A stretch of DNA of 64,000 nt from Octopus sinensis (GCF_006345805.1 NC_043002.1:56172001-56236000), one strand, 5' to 3'; positions 26,725 to 40,480 are shown, numbered from the stretch's first letter. Notes: generated by a model from the letters alone, not told the origin. Numbers and translations: made by a program.

Positions 26725-27122
26725 ATATTTCTTTTAATTGTTTCGGTTATTTGACTGTGGCCATGCTGGAGCACCACCTTTAGTCGAGCAAATCGACCCC
26801 AGGACTTATACTTTGTAAGCCTAGTACTGTTTCGATTGGTTTCTTCTGCCGAACTGCTAAGTTATGGAGACGTAAGCACACCATCATTGGTTGTCAAGCA
26901 ATGTTGTGGTGGACAAACACAGACACACAAACATATACACACACATACATACATATGATATACGATGGGCTTCTTTCGGTTTCCGTCTTCCAAATCCACT
27001 CACAAGGCTTTGGTCACCCCGAGTCTATAGTAGAAGACACTTGCCCAAGGTGACATGCAGTGGGACTGAACCTGGAACCATGTGGTTGGTAAGCACGCTA
27101 CTTACCACACAGCCACTCCCAC
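26725..27122 (-). mobile_element. SINE family A copy
   Basis: Full-length reverse-complement match to 62596-62982. Confidence 0.85.
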
Positions 27123-27349
27123 ACCTATATATATACACATACACACATATATCATGCACACAAACACACACACATATGTATGAATGTATATGCATATACA
27201 TACATATATGTATATACCCCCTCTTCCTCTACATCCTCTTTCATCATCACCATCTTTATCATCATCTAACAGTTGTAAAATTGTTGTTAGTGGTTGTGGT
27301 GGGGGTCATGATGCTCACAATGGAATTGTTTGTTGTTGTTGTTGTTGTT

Positions 27350-27380
<31 letters not shown>

Positions 27381-28019
27381 TCGTCATCGTCGTCAGCAGT
27401 GGTAGTGATGAGCTGGCAGAATGGTTAGCATACCAGGCAAAATGCTTAACAGCATTTCATCCATCTTTACATTTTGAGTTCAAATCCCACCAAGGTTAAC
27501 TTTGCCTTTCATTCTTTTGGGTTGGGGGGGGGGGTCAATCAAGTATATACCAGTCATATACTGGAGTCAATGTAATTGACTGGTGCTTCCCCCTCTCCCC
27601 AAATTCCAGGTCTTGTGCCAATAATAGAAAGGTTATTATCAGCAGTGGTGGTGTTGGGGGTGGTGGTGCTGCTGCTAGTAGCCCCCCACCCCCACCCCGT
27701 ATAACTCAGTGTTTAACAGGTTCAGATGGCAACCTCTCTCTACCACTGTTGCTCCTTGCAAATATAATTATTATTTAACATTTATTTAAATTTTCTTTTT
27801 GTTAATTAAGGAGTTTAAAGATGGATCCGTTTTCATAACTAAGCCCCCCCCCCTTCACCTCTTTCTTACCCACAGATTAGTAACAATTCTGGTTTCAACC
27901 TAGGGCAGCCATGGTAAAGTAATGGCAAACGTATTTTGGGAGTTATCTGTGTTGTTGGTTCTCTACTTCTTCAATCTTCCTTGTGCCTTCCTCTTCCTTT
28001 TTCTTCTATCCTTCCATCT

Positions 28020-28225
28020 TCTTCATCAACATCTTCCCCTCTTCTTCTCTTCTTCTTCTTCTTCTTCTTCTCTTCTTCTTCTTCTTCTTCTTCTTTTCTT
28101 CTTCTTCGTTTTCTTCTCCTTCGTCTTCTCCTTCGTCTTCTTCTTCTTCTTCTTCTTCTTCTTCTTCTTCTTCTTCTTCTTCTTCTTCTTCTTCTTCTTC
28201 TTCTTCTTCTTCTTCTTCTTCTTCC
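28020..28225. repeat. (TTC)n / (GAA)n trinucleotide microsatellite
   Basis: Long TTC run, pure in its 3' half. It is the source of the poly-F/L/S/E/K/R ORFs. Confidence 0.95.
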
Positions 28226-28989
28226 ATTTTCTTCTATCAGTTTTAAGGGTCTGTAATAGACTGTCCATCCACAGCCAATGTCCAGTCCACATCTACACGA
28301 CAATGTATATACAATGCTTCTAGGAAAGGCCATCTGGCTGGAGAACGTCAGTTTTTCCAAAATATATTTTGTCAATGAATGCACACTGAATGGAACTACC
28401 AAAAAAGCAAATTCAAAGAATGCAAATAAACTTTCACAGAACTCTTCAGTTTCCTGGAGCTTAATAGTTCTGTCTTTGTATTTATGTTAACACCATTTCT
28501 TTCAGGAAGTAAGTACTGGGTTCCATTAAAAGCTGTGAGCTCAACACAGTGGAATGAGGACACACTCATTAACTATCCAGACCCACTTCCACCTACAAAA
28601 GAGAATCAGACCTTATCCTTTTTGTACCAGCCACCCTGAGACCACTCCTGATTCTATGAAATAAATTCCTCATTTTTAAAGTGATCACAATTAAAACCTT
28701 CCATTAAAATTTCATGTTAATTAGCGTTCCAAATACCAGTTTAATAATGTCTTTTTTACTCAATTCTTCATTATTTTCAAAATTAATCAAAACAAAAGGT
28801 GCCGGCATGGCTGTGTGGTAAGAAGTTTGCTTCTCAACGACATGGTTCTGGGTTCAATCTCATTGCATGGCACCTTAGGCAATTGTCTTTTATCATAGCC
28901 CTGGGCCAACCAAAACCTTGTAAATGGATTTGGTAGATGGAAACTGAAAGAAGCCTGTCGTATGTGTGTGTGTGTGTGTGAGTGTTGTG

Positions 28990-29290
28990 TGAAGACATAT
29001 GGCTTAGGGGTTAGAGTACTCAACTCACAATCCTAAGGTCATGAGTTCAATTTCAGGCAACTCGTTGTGTCCTTGAGCAAAACACTTTGTTTCATGTTGC
29101 TCCAGTCCACTCAGCTGGCAAAATTGAGTTGTACCTGTAATTCAAAAAGGACTGGCCTTGTCACATTCCGTGTCATGCTGAATCTCCCTGAGAAATACAT
29201 TAAGGGCAAACATGTCTGTGGAGTTCTCAGCCACTTATACGCCAATTTCACAACTGGAACTCTTGTCATTGTAACCAACAAGGTGTCAGT
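28990..29290 (+). mobile_element. SINE family C copy
   Basis: Colinear with 10405-10725. Confidence 0.7.
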
Positions 29291-30331
29291 GTGTGCATGG
29301 GTTTCTTTCCCCTTGTCCTGGTATCATGTGATAGTTGTAACTGAGTGTCACTGTCATACAAGCAGGGTCATTTGTTTCCAATATTCTGCGAAAATATCTC
29401 TGGCCGTATGAAAGGACATCCAACAGTAGAAGATCTACTGCCTCGCATTCTATCTGATCCAGGCAAGCATGGGAAAATGGATGTCTTCATCATCATTATC
29501 ATCATCATCATCATCATCATGGAGGAGGGGGAGGAGGAGAAGATGATGATGATGATGATGATGATGAAGAAACCAGTGCATTTAAATAGAAATCTTATAG
29601 GGAAAGGGTTAGTATGCTGACGGGTTGGGAAGGTTTTCCTCTATGTCATTGCTTGACATGTTAGAAATAACACCCAACCATCCATTTATTATATCCTATT
29701 GTCTTTAAAAGAACACGTTGAATAATGTAGATTTGGTTCCCAGCATATAGGGAAAAGACATAGTGGTCATGAGTGGAGGGCCTTTGATTTAAAACATCAG
29801 GTCAGCTTTGAACGAAGCAGGTCTTATGATCAAAGTTATTCCAGCCATTTTTATTTTCCTCAAGCCCAAGGACCCATAAGGCTTGTTACCTGCTTCCCAT
29901 AGTATTTAAGTGACCCAAATCCCAACATTCCCTCTGCAGGACTCAAGGTGACCAATTTTGAGGGGAGGGGGAGCAAGGCAGTTTGATTACATCAATTCCA
30001 ATGTTCAAACTGTTCTTTATTTTATTGACCCTTGATAAAATTCCAAACTTAAAGATGTGGAAGAAATATCACAATGTAAATTTTGTCCAATGATTCTGCC
30101 AGACTCTGCTGTCTTCTTCCAGCCATGACCAACCCATATTTTTGTAAGGCCATGAGTCTCTTCTCCAATGTGTATCTTTCATTTTTTACTTGTTTCAGTT
30201 GAATTAATTGCCCCAGCAGTTTTTTTTTAAAGTACCGATACTTATTCTATCAGTCTCTTTTGCTGAACTGCTAAGTTATAGGGACATAAACACAACAACA
30301 CTGGTTGTCAAGATATGGTATCAGACAAACA

Positions 30332-30368
<37 letters not shown>

Positions 30369-31429
30369 TCATATATTATATATGATGGGCTTCTTTCAGT
30401 TTCCATCAAACAAATCCACCCACAAGGCTTTGGTCAGCCTGGGGCTATAGTAGAAGACATGTGCTCAAGGTGCCATCCCATGAGATTGAACCCCAAACTT
30501 CTTACCATACAGTCACACCTGCATCTATAAAAATAACATGTAGGATATAATCGTAAAGAGATTTGGCTGTTATTTCTAACTGGCTGATCAACCACATAGA
30601 GGCTCTGTCATTGGCTCATTGTTATTGCAGGTGTTTACTGGATAGTTTGAATTGAGGCCAGCACACTGCTGCTGAGATAAAATGTGTTTCTATTATTCAT
30701 CATGAAAATATCAGATATATGACAAAACAATGTGTTTCCCACTCCATCCATTAACGCTGGTAGAGGGAAACTAAAGTGACAAACGAAGGGGGAGCCAGTG
30801 GCAGTTAGAGACACCAAATACTGGTCAACCATAGTGAGACAGTTTACTCTGCAGCGGCTAGGATTTTAATCAAAGTGAAACTGAAAATTTTCATGCCCAA
30901 TTTATTTAAATTCTCAATTACATGCATGTGTGTGTGTTTGTGTGTGTTTGTGTGTGTGTGTATGTGTGTGTGTGTGTATGCCGGTGGCACCTAAAAGCAC
31001 CCCAGTGTCATGCAAATGGCACATAAAAGCATCCATTACACTCTCAGAGTAGTTGGCGTTAGGAAGGGTATCCAGCTGTAGAAAACCAGGCCAAATCAGA
31101 CTGGAGTCTGGTGCAGCCTTCCACCATGGCAGCCCAATCAAACTGTCCAACCCATGCCAGCATGGACAACGGACGTTAAATGATGATAATGATGATGATA
31201 TATATCAGTTGAATAAAGTTAAAACATGATTTGGTTTCCACGTTTTTTATTATTGCGTTGTAAAAAATTTTTCTACAATGTTGAAGTGTATTAAACAGTA
31301 GAGATATGTTTGTTCACAACAATTCAACTGTTCCACTCATTGCCAAAATAGGATGCGCCAGAAATGAATTTTCACACATCCAGAGCAAGTGCAGCAGGAC
31401 AGAGGACAAGGTGACCCATACCACATGCT

Positions 31430-32110
31430 TCCTAGAGGTATTGCAAACCAACGGGTACCCTATATCCATTGTCAATTAGCTTAAGTACCCGAGACGACAA
31501 ACATGCCAAACACACAGAATACCCAGCAACACAATGTAACAAATGCAACAAGTTCTATGTGGGTAGCACAACAAGACCATTACACATTTGGATCAAAGAA
31601 CATTTAAACACGCAAGCATCCTCCTTCAGAAAACATCTAAACAGATGCCGGAACACCAACAAAAACATAACAGTCACAATTGAGGCCTATGAAAGAAATT
31701 TAGGAAATTTAAGAATTAAGGAAGCTCTCCTCATAGACAGACTAGGGCCCCGAATTAACAACAGATTGGAAATTAACACTCACTATCTAATTTAATAACA
31801 TCAACACCCTGCATGCCTGATGGTAACATGCTCATGTAACAAAACATTATATATAAAAAGAAATGCACATATGATACATACATACATGCATACATACATA
31901 CATACATACATACATACATACATACATACATACATACATACATGCATGCATACATAGATACATACATACATACATACATACATGCATACATACATAGATA
32001 CATACATACATACATACATAAGCGTGGATAGACATCTCAGGCAAACATTTCCAACAATAGCCAAGGGCACACCAAAGCCAGAAACCGAAAGAAACCAATT
32101 ATATATTTAT
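31430..32110 (+). mobile_element. Penelope-like element 3' fragment (GIY-YIG endonuclease plus 3' region)
   Basis: ORF 31469-31795 has CNKCNKFYVGSTTRPLHIWIKEH...LRIKEALLI...PRIN, a typical PLE GIY-YIG C-terminus. Confidence 0.8.
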
Positions 32111-32344
32111 ATATTGTTGTGATTTTAGTTTTGATCACATGACTTTGATTGTCTTGATAGCTGTTATTTGCCTGCAGTGCAACTGTGCAGAGTTCTGTTC
32201 TGTTTACAGCTCAACGTGCTCAGTGTTAGTTTTTAGTTAGTCGAGACTGTAGCAACTCACTGCATAAACCTGTTATTGTGTTGAAGTTTAGTTTTGCTTA
32301 CAATTTAACAATCTTTGTTTGTATTGTAGATTACTTACTTACTT

Positions 32345-32558
32345 TTACTTTTTACTTGTTTCAGTCATGTGACTGTGGCCATGCTGGAGCACTGCCTTTA
32401 GTCGAGCAAATCGACCCCAGGACTTATTCTTTGTAAGCCTATTTAATAGTACATATTCTATCGGTCTCTTTTGCAGAACCGCTAAGTTACAGGGACATAA
32501 ACATACCAGCATCGGTTGTCAAGCGATGTTGGCAGGCCAAACACAGACACACAGACAT

Positions 32559-32624
<66 letters not shown>

Positions 32625-32795
32625 TATATACGATGGGCTTTTTCAGTTTCCATCTACCAAATTCATTCACAAGGCTTTGGTCAGCCCAAGGCTATAGTAG
32701 AAAACACTTGCTCAAGGTGCCACGCAGTGGGACTGAACCCGGAACCATGTGGTTGGTAAGCAAGCTACTTACCACACAGCCGCTCCTACGCCTGT
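32345..32795 (-). mobile_element. SINE family A copy
   Basis: Full-length reverse-complement match to family A. Confidence 0.85.
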
Positions 32796-33464
32796 ATTTT
32801 TAGTTGATTAAAACCTTCACCATCCGTTCGTGGCTGTTGCCAGCCTGGCCTGGCCCCCGTGCCAGTGGCACGTAAAAGGCACCATCCGTTCGTGGCCATT
32901 GCCAGCCTTGCCTGGCCCCCGTGCCAGTGGCACATAAAAAGCACCATCCGATCGTGGCCGTTTGCCAGACTCGTCTGGCACCTATGCCGGTGGCACGTAA
33001 AAAGCACCCACTACACTCATGGAATGGTTGGCGTTAGGAAGGACATCCAGCCGTAGAAACATTGCCAGATCAAACTGGGCCTGGTGCAGCCTTCTGGCTT
33101 CCCAGACCCCAGTTGAACCGTCCAACCCATGCTAGCATGGAAAGCGGACGCTAAACGATGATGATGATGATGATGATGATATATATATATATATATCATT
33201 ATCATTTAAACATTTACCTTCCATGCTGGTATGGGTTACAGACAGTTTGACAGGAGCTGGCCAGGTAGAATACTACCCCAGGCTACTGTGTCTGTTTTAG
33301 CAGGGTCTTTATGGCTGGATACCCTTCCTAAACACTAACCACCCCATAGAGGTAGACTGAGTGCTTTTTACGTGGCACCAGCACAGACAAGATCAGTTTT
33401 GGCATGGTCTTTACAGCTGGATGCCTTTCCAAATGCCAACCACTTCACATTATATGTTCATTTA

Positions 33465-33651
33465 CAGGAAGTTATTTATAAGGCTGGTCATAGAGTGACC
33501 AATGATTTTGCATCCATAAAGTGCTTAGCCATATAGACAAAGACAGCTTGTCAGACTCCAATGGCTACAGACAAGTCATCTACAAGTCCAAGCACTTTAA
33601 GGATATGAAACCACTGGTCACTCTATGACCGACCAAATAATTAACTTCTTG
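33465..33651. mobile_element. Foldback MITE flanked by TA (Tc1/mariner type)
   Basis: TA|CAGGAAGTTA...ggtcatagagtgacca...tggtcactctatgacc...TAACTTCTTG|TA. The inner portions also pair (taaagtgctt/aagcacttta). Confidence 0.8.
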
Positions 33652-34002
33652 TAAATACATTACTGCTTTTACAATTAAAGTATGCTTCTTTTTCAGACAT
33701 ATGATCTACTGACATTATATATATCCAGGGTGCGGTGAATAAACTGTTGTCTAAATTACACAAAAATGATAATAACACTGACATCTCATTTTAACAGATA
33801 TATTTACCAAAATAACATAAAAATATCTTGAAATGCTAAAGAGTGAATTTATTCAATAAAATTTTATACTGTTGGGTTTTACCATTGGGTGCCTTGTTTT
33901 AATATATATTTATATTCAATTTATGATAGTTTGGGAATGATATAAAGTTGTTTTGACCGATTGGAGCATTTATTCATTATGCTTTTCAGTTTATATATAC
34001 AT

Positions 34003-34165
34003 AGGCACAGGAGTGGCTGTGTGGTAAGTAGCTTGTTTACCAACCACATGGTTCTGGGTTCAGTCCCACTGTGTGGCACCTTGGGCAAGTGTATTCTACT
34101 ATAGCCTCGGGCTGACCAAAGCCTTGTGAGTGGATTTGGTAGATGGAAACTAAAAGAAGCCTATC

Positions 34166-34222
<57 letters not shown>

Positions 34223-34440
34223 TTGTATGTGTGTGTGTCCCCCCCCCACATCACTTGACAACCAATGCTTGTGTGTTTACGTCTCCGTAACTTAGCGGTT
34301 CAGCATAAGAGAATGATAAAATAAGTACTAGGCTTACAAAGAATAAGTCCTGGGGTCGATTTGCTCGACTAAAGGTGATGCTCCAGCATGGCCACGGCCA
34401 CAGTCAAACTGACTGAAACGAGTAAACGAATAAAAGAATA
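34003..34440 (+). mobile_element. SINE family A copy
   Basis: Full-length match to family A. Confidence 0.85.
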
Positions 34441-35417
34441 TATAAATGTGTGTGTGTGTCTGTGTCTATGTTTGTCCCCCACCACCACCACCACTGCTTG
34501 ACAACCTGCTTTAGTGTGTTTAAGTCTTCTGATCTAGTTGTTTGACAAATAAGACTAATAAAAAAAGTATCAGGCATGGAAACAGGTGAGGGTTAGTTAG
34601 CAACAGGAAGGTGTTGATATAGCAGAATTGTTAGCATGCCAGATGAAATGCTTAGTGGCATTTTGACTGTCTTTGTGCTCTGAGTTCAAATTCCACCAGA
34701 GTCGACTTTGCCTCTCATCCTTTTGGGGTTGATAAATTAAATACCAGTGAAACACTGGGATCAATGTAGTCGACTTGTCCCCTCACACAAAATTTCAGGC
34801 CTTGTGCCTTTAGTAGAAGGGATTATTATTGTTGTTGTTATCATTATGATTATTATTTCTATTTATTATTAAAAGGTATTATTAAATGTTGTTTAGTTTC
34901 AACTTTTGTCTTGTACTTGAGATAGTCATAAAATGTGAGGGTTGATGGGAATAGTAGGAGGAATAGACCAAATTCTACAGGTCTGTAAATAGATTTGGCA
35001 GATGGTGAGGAGGTCAGCAATGGATATTCTTGTGCCATAAGGAAACAAAAGAGGCCTCACACCCTTGGGATCAGTAGAGGTTAAATGTGTTTACTACCAC
35101 TAGCGACCTTGGCCTTGAAAAGAACCAATTCACCTTGATCTATTTTTAATTACTGATAGAAAAAAAATTATATATATATATATATACTGATGTTCACCTC
35201 ATTGAATTTTTGAATTTCTGAATTATTGTTGTTGTTGTTGTTGTTGTTATTAAGGTGGTGAGCTGGTGGAATTATTAGCATGCTGGACAAAATGCTTAGC
35301 AGTATTTCGTTCGTCTTTACTTTCTGAGTTCAAATTCTGCCGAGGTTGACTTTGCTTTCATCCTGCCAAGGTTGATAAAATAAGTACCAGTTGAGCATTG
35401 GGGTCAAAATTTTAAAC

Positions 35418-35471
<54 letters not shown>

Positions 35472-35474
<3 letters not shown>

Positions 35475-38140
35475 TATACACTCGACAGATTAGACTGTCG
35501 GAAAAGAAAAATCCTAACATAGGGCTACAACAAGTTGCCTTAAATGCCAAGAAGCCTCCTAAGTACCCTACCTCTCCTACCTAAGTATCCACTGTTTTCT
35601 GCAGCTGTACTAAACTGGGTTTTATGCCTATTTCCTCAATCCATCTGTCCAGATCTTTAGGGATAGTTCCCAATGCACCTATAAGTACTGGGATACATTT
35701 TACCTGCACTTTCCAGAGTCTCTGAAATTCAATAGCTAGGTCCTGGTACTTTGCTATTTTTTCTATACCTCTCATATTAATGTTTTCATCATTTGGGACT
35801 GTAAAGTCAATTATCTGGCGCTTTCTATTCTCTTTATCTACCACTGCCAAATCAGGCCTTCTAGCTCCTATTACTCTGTCAGTCTGACTGTTAAAGTCCC
35901 ACAACATCTTGTATTTTTTACTTTCTAGTACTATACTAGATTCATGTTCATACCATTTATCCATATGTTCAAATCCTAGCTTTCTACATGTCTCCCAGTG
36001 GATTACTCTCCCTGGTTTGTCATGTTTTTTCTTGTATGCTTTCTGTACCAGCATGCTACATTCACTTACTATATGAGTAGCACTTTCCTCTTTTGATTTG
36101 CATAAACTACATTGGAAATCTACTTGGTTTTTGTCTATCTTGGCTTGCATCCAATTAGTCCTTAATGCTTGATCTTGTGTAGCTACTGACAAACTTTGTC
36201 TCCCTTTTCAGCTTTCCTTTCTGCAACCATAACCATGCCTCACTACTACTATTTGCTGCAACTATCTTTGGAAACCTACCATACAGAGCCTTCTCCTGCC
36301 AGTCAGATAATTTTGGGGTTTTTTTCTGGTTTTTAACTTTGTATTTTTTTTTTTTAGTTTCCCTATGTCTTGCTGTGACTCTAGCAGCTCTTAGTAAACT
36401 TTCTTAACTATTACCTACATAGGAGTATTTATCTACTCAAGCCAATTCCACACAGTCTTCTACTGCCCTCTTCCACGTTTCCTTTCTAGGTAAGTATAAT
36501 CTACTCCTGCCCTTGAGTGGAGTCCTCCATCCATATTAAATTCCTTCCTAGTTCTGTCTAGCTTTACTGATTCAGTTTTTGCTGAGTATGTAAGTAATGA
36601 TACTGCCCAAGTATTTACAGCCTTCACTAGATTCGGACCATTTAGCTTTGACTTCATTAGCTTCCTCACCCTTCTGATGTACCCCTTCTCAATTTTCGTT
36701 TTCATTTCTGTTGCTAGTACTCTGTCCAATTCTAATACTCCTAGATACTTATAACTCTCTTCTCCTTTCAATGATTTTAATGTCTGGCCATCTGGTAATT
36801 GGATGCCTTCACTGTTGACTACCTGTCTCCTTCTCATGACTAATATTGCACACTTATCTCTGCCAAATTCCATGCCTTTATTTTTTTTTTGATGAAGAGT
36901 TTTACAGTCTGTATTAAGGAATCTGTCTCCTTTTCATTCTTACTAAAAAGCTTCAACTCATCCATATAGAGCAAATGGTAGCTCTTTCCCTTACTATTTC
37001 TGACCTGATACCCTGCCTTTGCCTTCCTTAACACTAAACTGAGGAGGATCAAACATAGAACAAATATTAAAGGGATAACGAGTCTCCTTGGAAAATCTCT
37101 CTTTTGTTATTAACTTTCCCCTAAGAATGTGTCACCTGAGTATAGATCTATTTTCCATTTCTTTATGCTAAAGCAAATTAATTTTCTTATGTTTTCTACT
37201 ATACTGAACATATTCAAACATACACTTATCCATGAATGTGGGATCATGTCATAGGTTTTCCTATAATCTATCCATACTATTGTTAGATTTTTCTTTCTAT
37301 CTTTTACTTCATTTAGAACTGCTTTGTCTATGTATAACAGATCATGCATTCTTATAACCTTCTTCCTGCAACCTTGCTGTTCTTCTGGTTGTAAATTCGG
37401 GTTGCCAAGGTGCTCGTAAATGCTTTCTGAAAGCATTCCTGTTAACTGCTTCCACACTAATGGTAAGCTAGTGATTGGCCTGTAGTTGCTAGCTGTTATT
37501 ACCCTTGCTTTTATCTTTCATAATGAGTATTGTTCTCCCTCTAATCATCCAATCTGGTATTATCCTTCCATTCAGGCAATCCTAGAATTGTTCCTTCAGT
37601 TTCCCATGTAAACTACTGAATTTCTTTAGCCAGTACCCTTGAATGGGCCCTTTCAATTCGGCATTTTTCATCACACTTTACTCATTAAGGCACTAGTTAA
37701 TCTTAGATCTGGCTGCTTCTCACTCACTACTTCTTCCCTCACTTTCTTTAACCATACTGCATCTCCATTATGATTAACTGGTTTATCCCTAATATTACTC
37801 CAGAACTTTCTAGCTTCTTCTGCATTAGGTTTCTTACCTTCAATACTTCATTCTCCACTATTCATTTAGTTATAAAATCTCCTGATCTGTCTCAAATAAT
37901 CTATTCTGTTGATACTGATCTATTCTTTTCTGATATTTGGAGAACTTGCCTGCTACTGCTAAGATACACTGTTTCAACTCTTTTAGTACTGTCCCAAATC
38001 CTTTCTCTTTGACTAAGCATCTTGTGTTTCCTAACTGGTTCAGTTTCCAGGTTTCTCTTCTACTCAGATCTTGTCTTAAAGTCTTCACTTTATTTTGTAG
38101 TCTCCTTTTCCCACATTTATTCTTTGCTAATCTTTCCTTA
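35472..38140 (-). mobile_element. 5'-truncated R4/Dong-type non-LTR retrotransposon (RT, CCHC knuckle, restriction-like endonuclease)
   Basis: Minus ORFs contain EQQGCRK, WIDYRKTYDMIPHSW, HLLYMDELKL, YKYLG, CSLCKSKEESATHIVSEC and RRPDLAVVD...IIDFTVP. The 3' end abuts (TAA)n. Confidence 0.88.
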
Positions 38141-38901
38141 TTATTGTTGTTGTTGTTGTTATTTGAGTGAGGACTAGTGGTTAGAGTGTTGCACCGGCAA
38201 TCGTGAGATAATGATTTCAAATCCTAGACCAACTGGTGCATTGTGTTCTTCAGCAAAACACTTCATCTCACGTTTATCTGTGATCTCTTCAACATCTGAC
38301 AATCACTTCAACATCTGACATGTGGTACATCTGTGATCACTTGAACACCTGACATGTGGTACACCATGCATCTGTTCAGGCAACGTCAATTTGATGGAGA
38401 CAGAGTGAGGTAATGTACGGCACATACATTTGATCATTATAAACAAATCCTATGTGCAGGTCATTTGACAAAAAGCTGAACACACATATGTCATCTTTGA
38501 CGGTAAAATCTGTCATTATTTACATTGTTGTAGTTTTGTTTTATATGAGCTGTTCCGAATCTCCCTCAGAGACCTCAAGTAAAAGCAAGTTGGACATCTG
38601 TGAATGTTATTTATGATTAGTAATCATATATTGTCTGGGAAGGAGGCTAGAATCAGAGAACTAAAATTCTATTAAATTTGTAATATTTCAGTTTTGAAAG
38701 ATTTTTAAGAAGAATCAGGTATTTTCAGTTAGCAGTATTTCGTCTGTCTTTATGTTCTGAGTTCAAATTCCATCGAGGTTGAGTTTACCTTTCATCCTTT
38801 CGGGGTTGATAAATTAAGTACCCATTTGAGTACTGGGGTTGATCTAATTGACCGGCCCCCTCCCCCCAAATTTTGGGCCTTGTACCTAGAGCAGAAAAGA
38901 T

Positions 38902-38934
<33 letters not shown>

Positions 38935-39485
38935 AGTGAGAGAGCAGTGCATGCCATCAAAATGACACTGGGGTAAAATATACAAAGCCCAATATACCCA
39001 TCATGACTACCCGTCTGATAAGGGTACACCAGGCACATGCATCACACCCATATGTGCGCAACATGGTGATCTCATATCAAGATAAACAGCACATGACCTT
39101 GCAGGTGGGGCCCAGTTAGAATTTTCTTCTGGTCGAGTAGTCCATCCTGCTCAAAAGGTCCTTGAATAAGGATTGTTTAAGGATGTTGAACGAACCACCC
39201 ATGTTTCCAAAGGTGAATTATCCAAACTACCAAGAATTCCTCTCAACACATGGCTATGATGCTCCCCCACTACTTCTGCTCATGATCAGAGCTGAACATA
39301 TCGTCAGCCACTAAGGGACATGGTCAACTGGTTAAGATCAAACAACTGACAAGCAAATCTGTTGTATTGAGCAGAATATTTGCTGTAGCCCATCTTTTAT
39401 ACCAAGACAAAACAATGTACATAACACTTCCAATCAGTTAAGATCAGAAGTCATGAGAGCCACTGTCTAGTACTGCATCAGGGCA
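38935..39485 (-). repeat. Unclassified ~550-bp repeat-like element between (AAT)n and (CAA)n arrays
   Basis: A non-coding block bounded on both sides by trinucleotide arrays, next to an R4/Dong fragment. Resembles a recalled Octopus interspersed repeat; only one copy here. Confidence 0.45.
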
Positions 39486-39486
39486 T

Positions 39487-39521
<35 letters not shown>

Positions 39522-39689
39522 GCTGTTGCTGTTGTTGTTGTTGCTGTTGCTGTTGTTGTTGTTGTTGTTGTTGTTGTATGAAAACTAACAGCTTATTTTG
39601 CTGGGTATGATGAAAGTGTCAGCTCTCCACAGGCAGCAGACTAAGGTGACACCTGTTTATTGGTCATGCTTCAAGAACCCTGCAAAATT

Positions 39690-40080
39690 CTAAGCCATGC
39701 TGATTTTTGTTGTGTTCTACCTTCACACTTGCACCAATCTTTTTCGGCCATGTTGGAAGTTGAGTGCTGATACTTCCAAGCGCACCAATTACTACTATTG
39801 GTATCCTGTCTACTCTCTTCGTTGGCCACAACTCTCATATTTCCCACTTCAAATCATCATAGTGCTTTATTTTATTTTCTTCTTTCACATTGATCCTGTT
39901 ATCACTGGGGCATGCTATGTCAATAGTCAGGCATATTCTTTTTATTTTATTCACCACAACAATGTCCAGTTTCTTATGTTTGGTCAGGTGATTGCAGTGG
40001 GTCATTGCATCCCACAAGATTTTGTAATTCCCATTCTCGGTGACTCATTCTGGAGTGTGCTCATACCACATCTTTACTGT
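39690..40080 (-). mobile_element. Short R4/Dong-type 3' fragment (restriction-like endonuclease)
   Basis: LWDAMTHCNHLTKHKKLDIVVVNKIKRICLTIDIACPSDNRINVKEENKIKHYDDLKWEI is homologous to the RLE at 35581-36192. Confidence 0.75.
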
Positions 40081-40094
40081 TGTTGTTGTTATTA

Positions 40095-40248
40095 TTGGCT
40101 GTGTGGTAAGTAGCTTGCTTACCAACCACATGGTTCCAGGTTCATTCCCACTGCTTGGCACCTTGTGTAAGTGTCTTCTACTATAGCCTTGGGTCGACCA
40201 AAGCTTTGTGAGGGGATTTGGTAGACGGAAACTGAAAGAAGCCCATCG

Positions 40249-40279
<31 letters not shown>

Positions 40280-40480
40280 GTGTGTGTGTATATGTTTGTG
40301 TATCTGTGTTTGTCTCCCCCAACATCGCTTGACAACTGATGCTGGAGGTTCAGCAAAAGAGACCGATAGAATAAGTACTTGGCTTACAAAGAATAAGTCC
40401 TAGGGTCGATTTGCTCGACTAAAGGTAGTGCTCCAGCATGGCCACAGTCAAATGACTGAAACAAGTGAAAGAGTAAAGAA
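40095..40480 (+). mobile_element. SINE family A copy
   Basis: Near full-length match to family A. Confidence 0.85.

Noticed and set aside
27922-28402. Poly-F/L/S/R/E/K ORFs
   Set aside because: All six frames of the (TTC)n tract are open, so this is no evidence of coding.
28278-28490. 70-aa ORF with hydrophobic C-terminus (possible terminal exon)
   Set aside because: No recognisable homology and no linked upstream exons.
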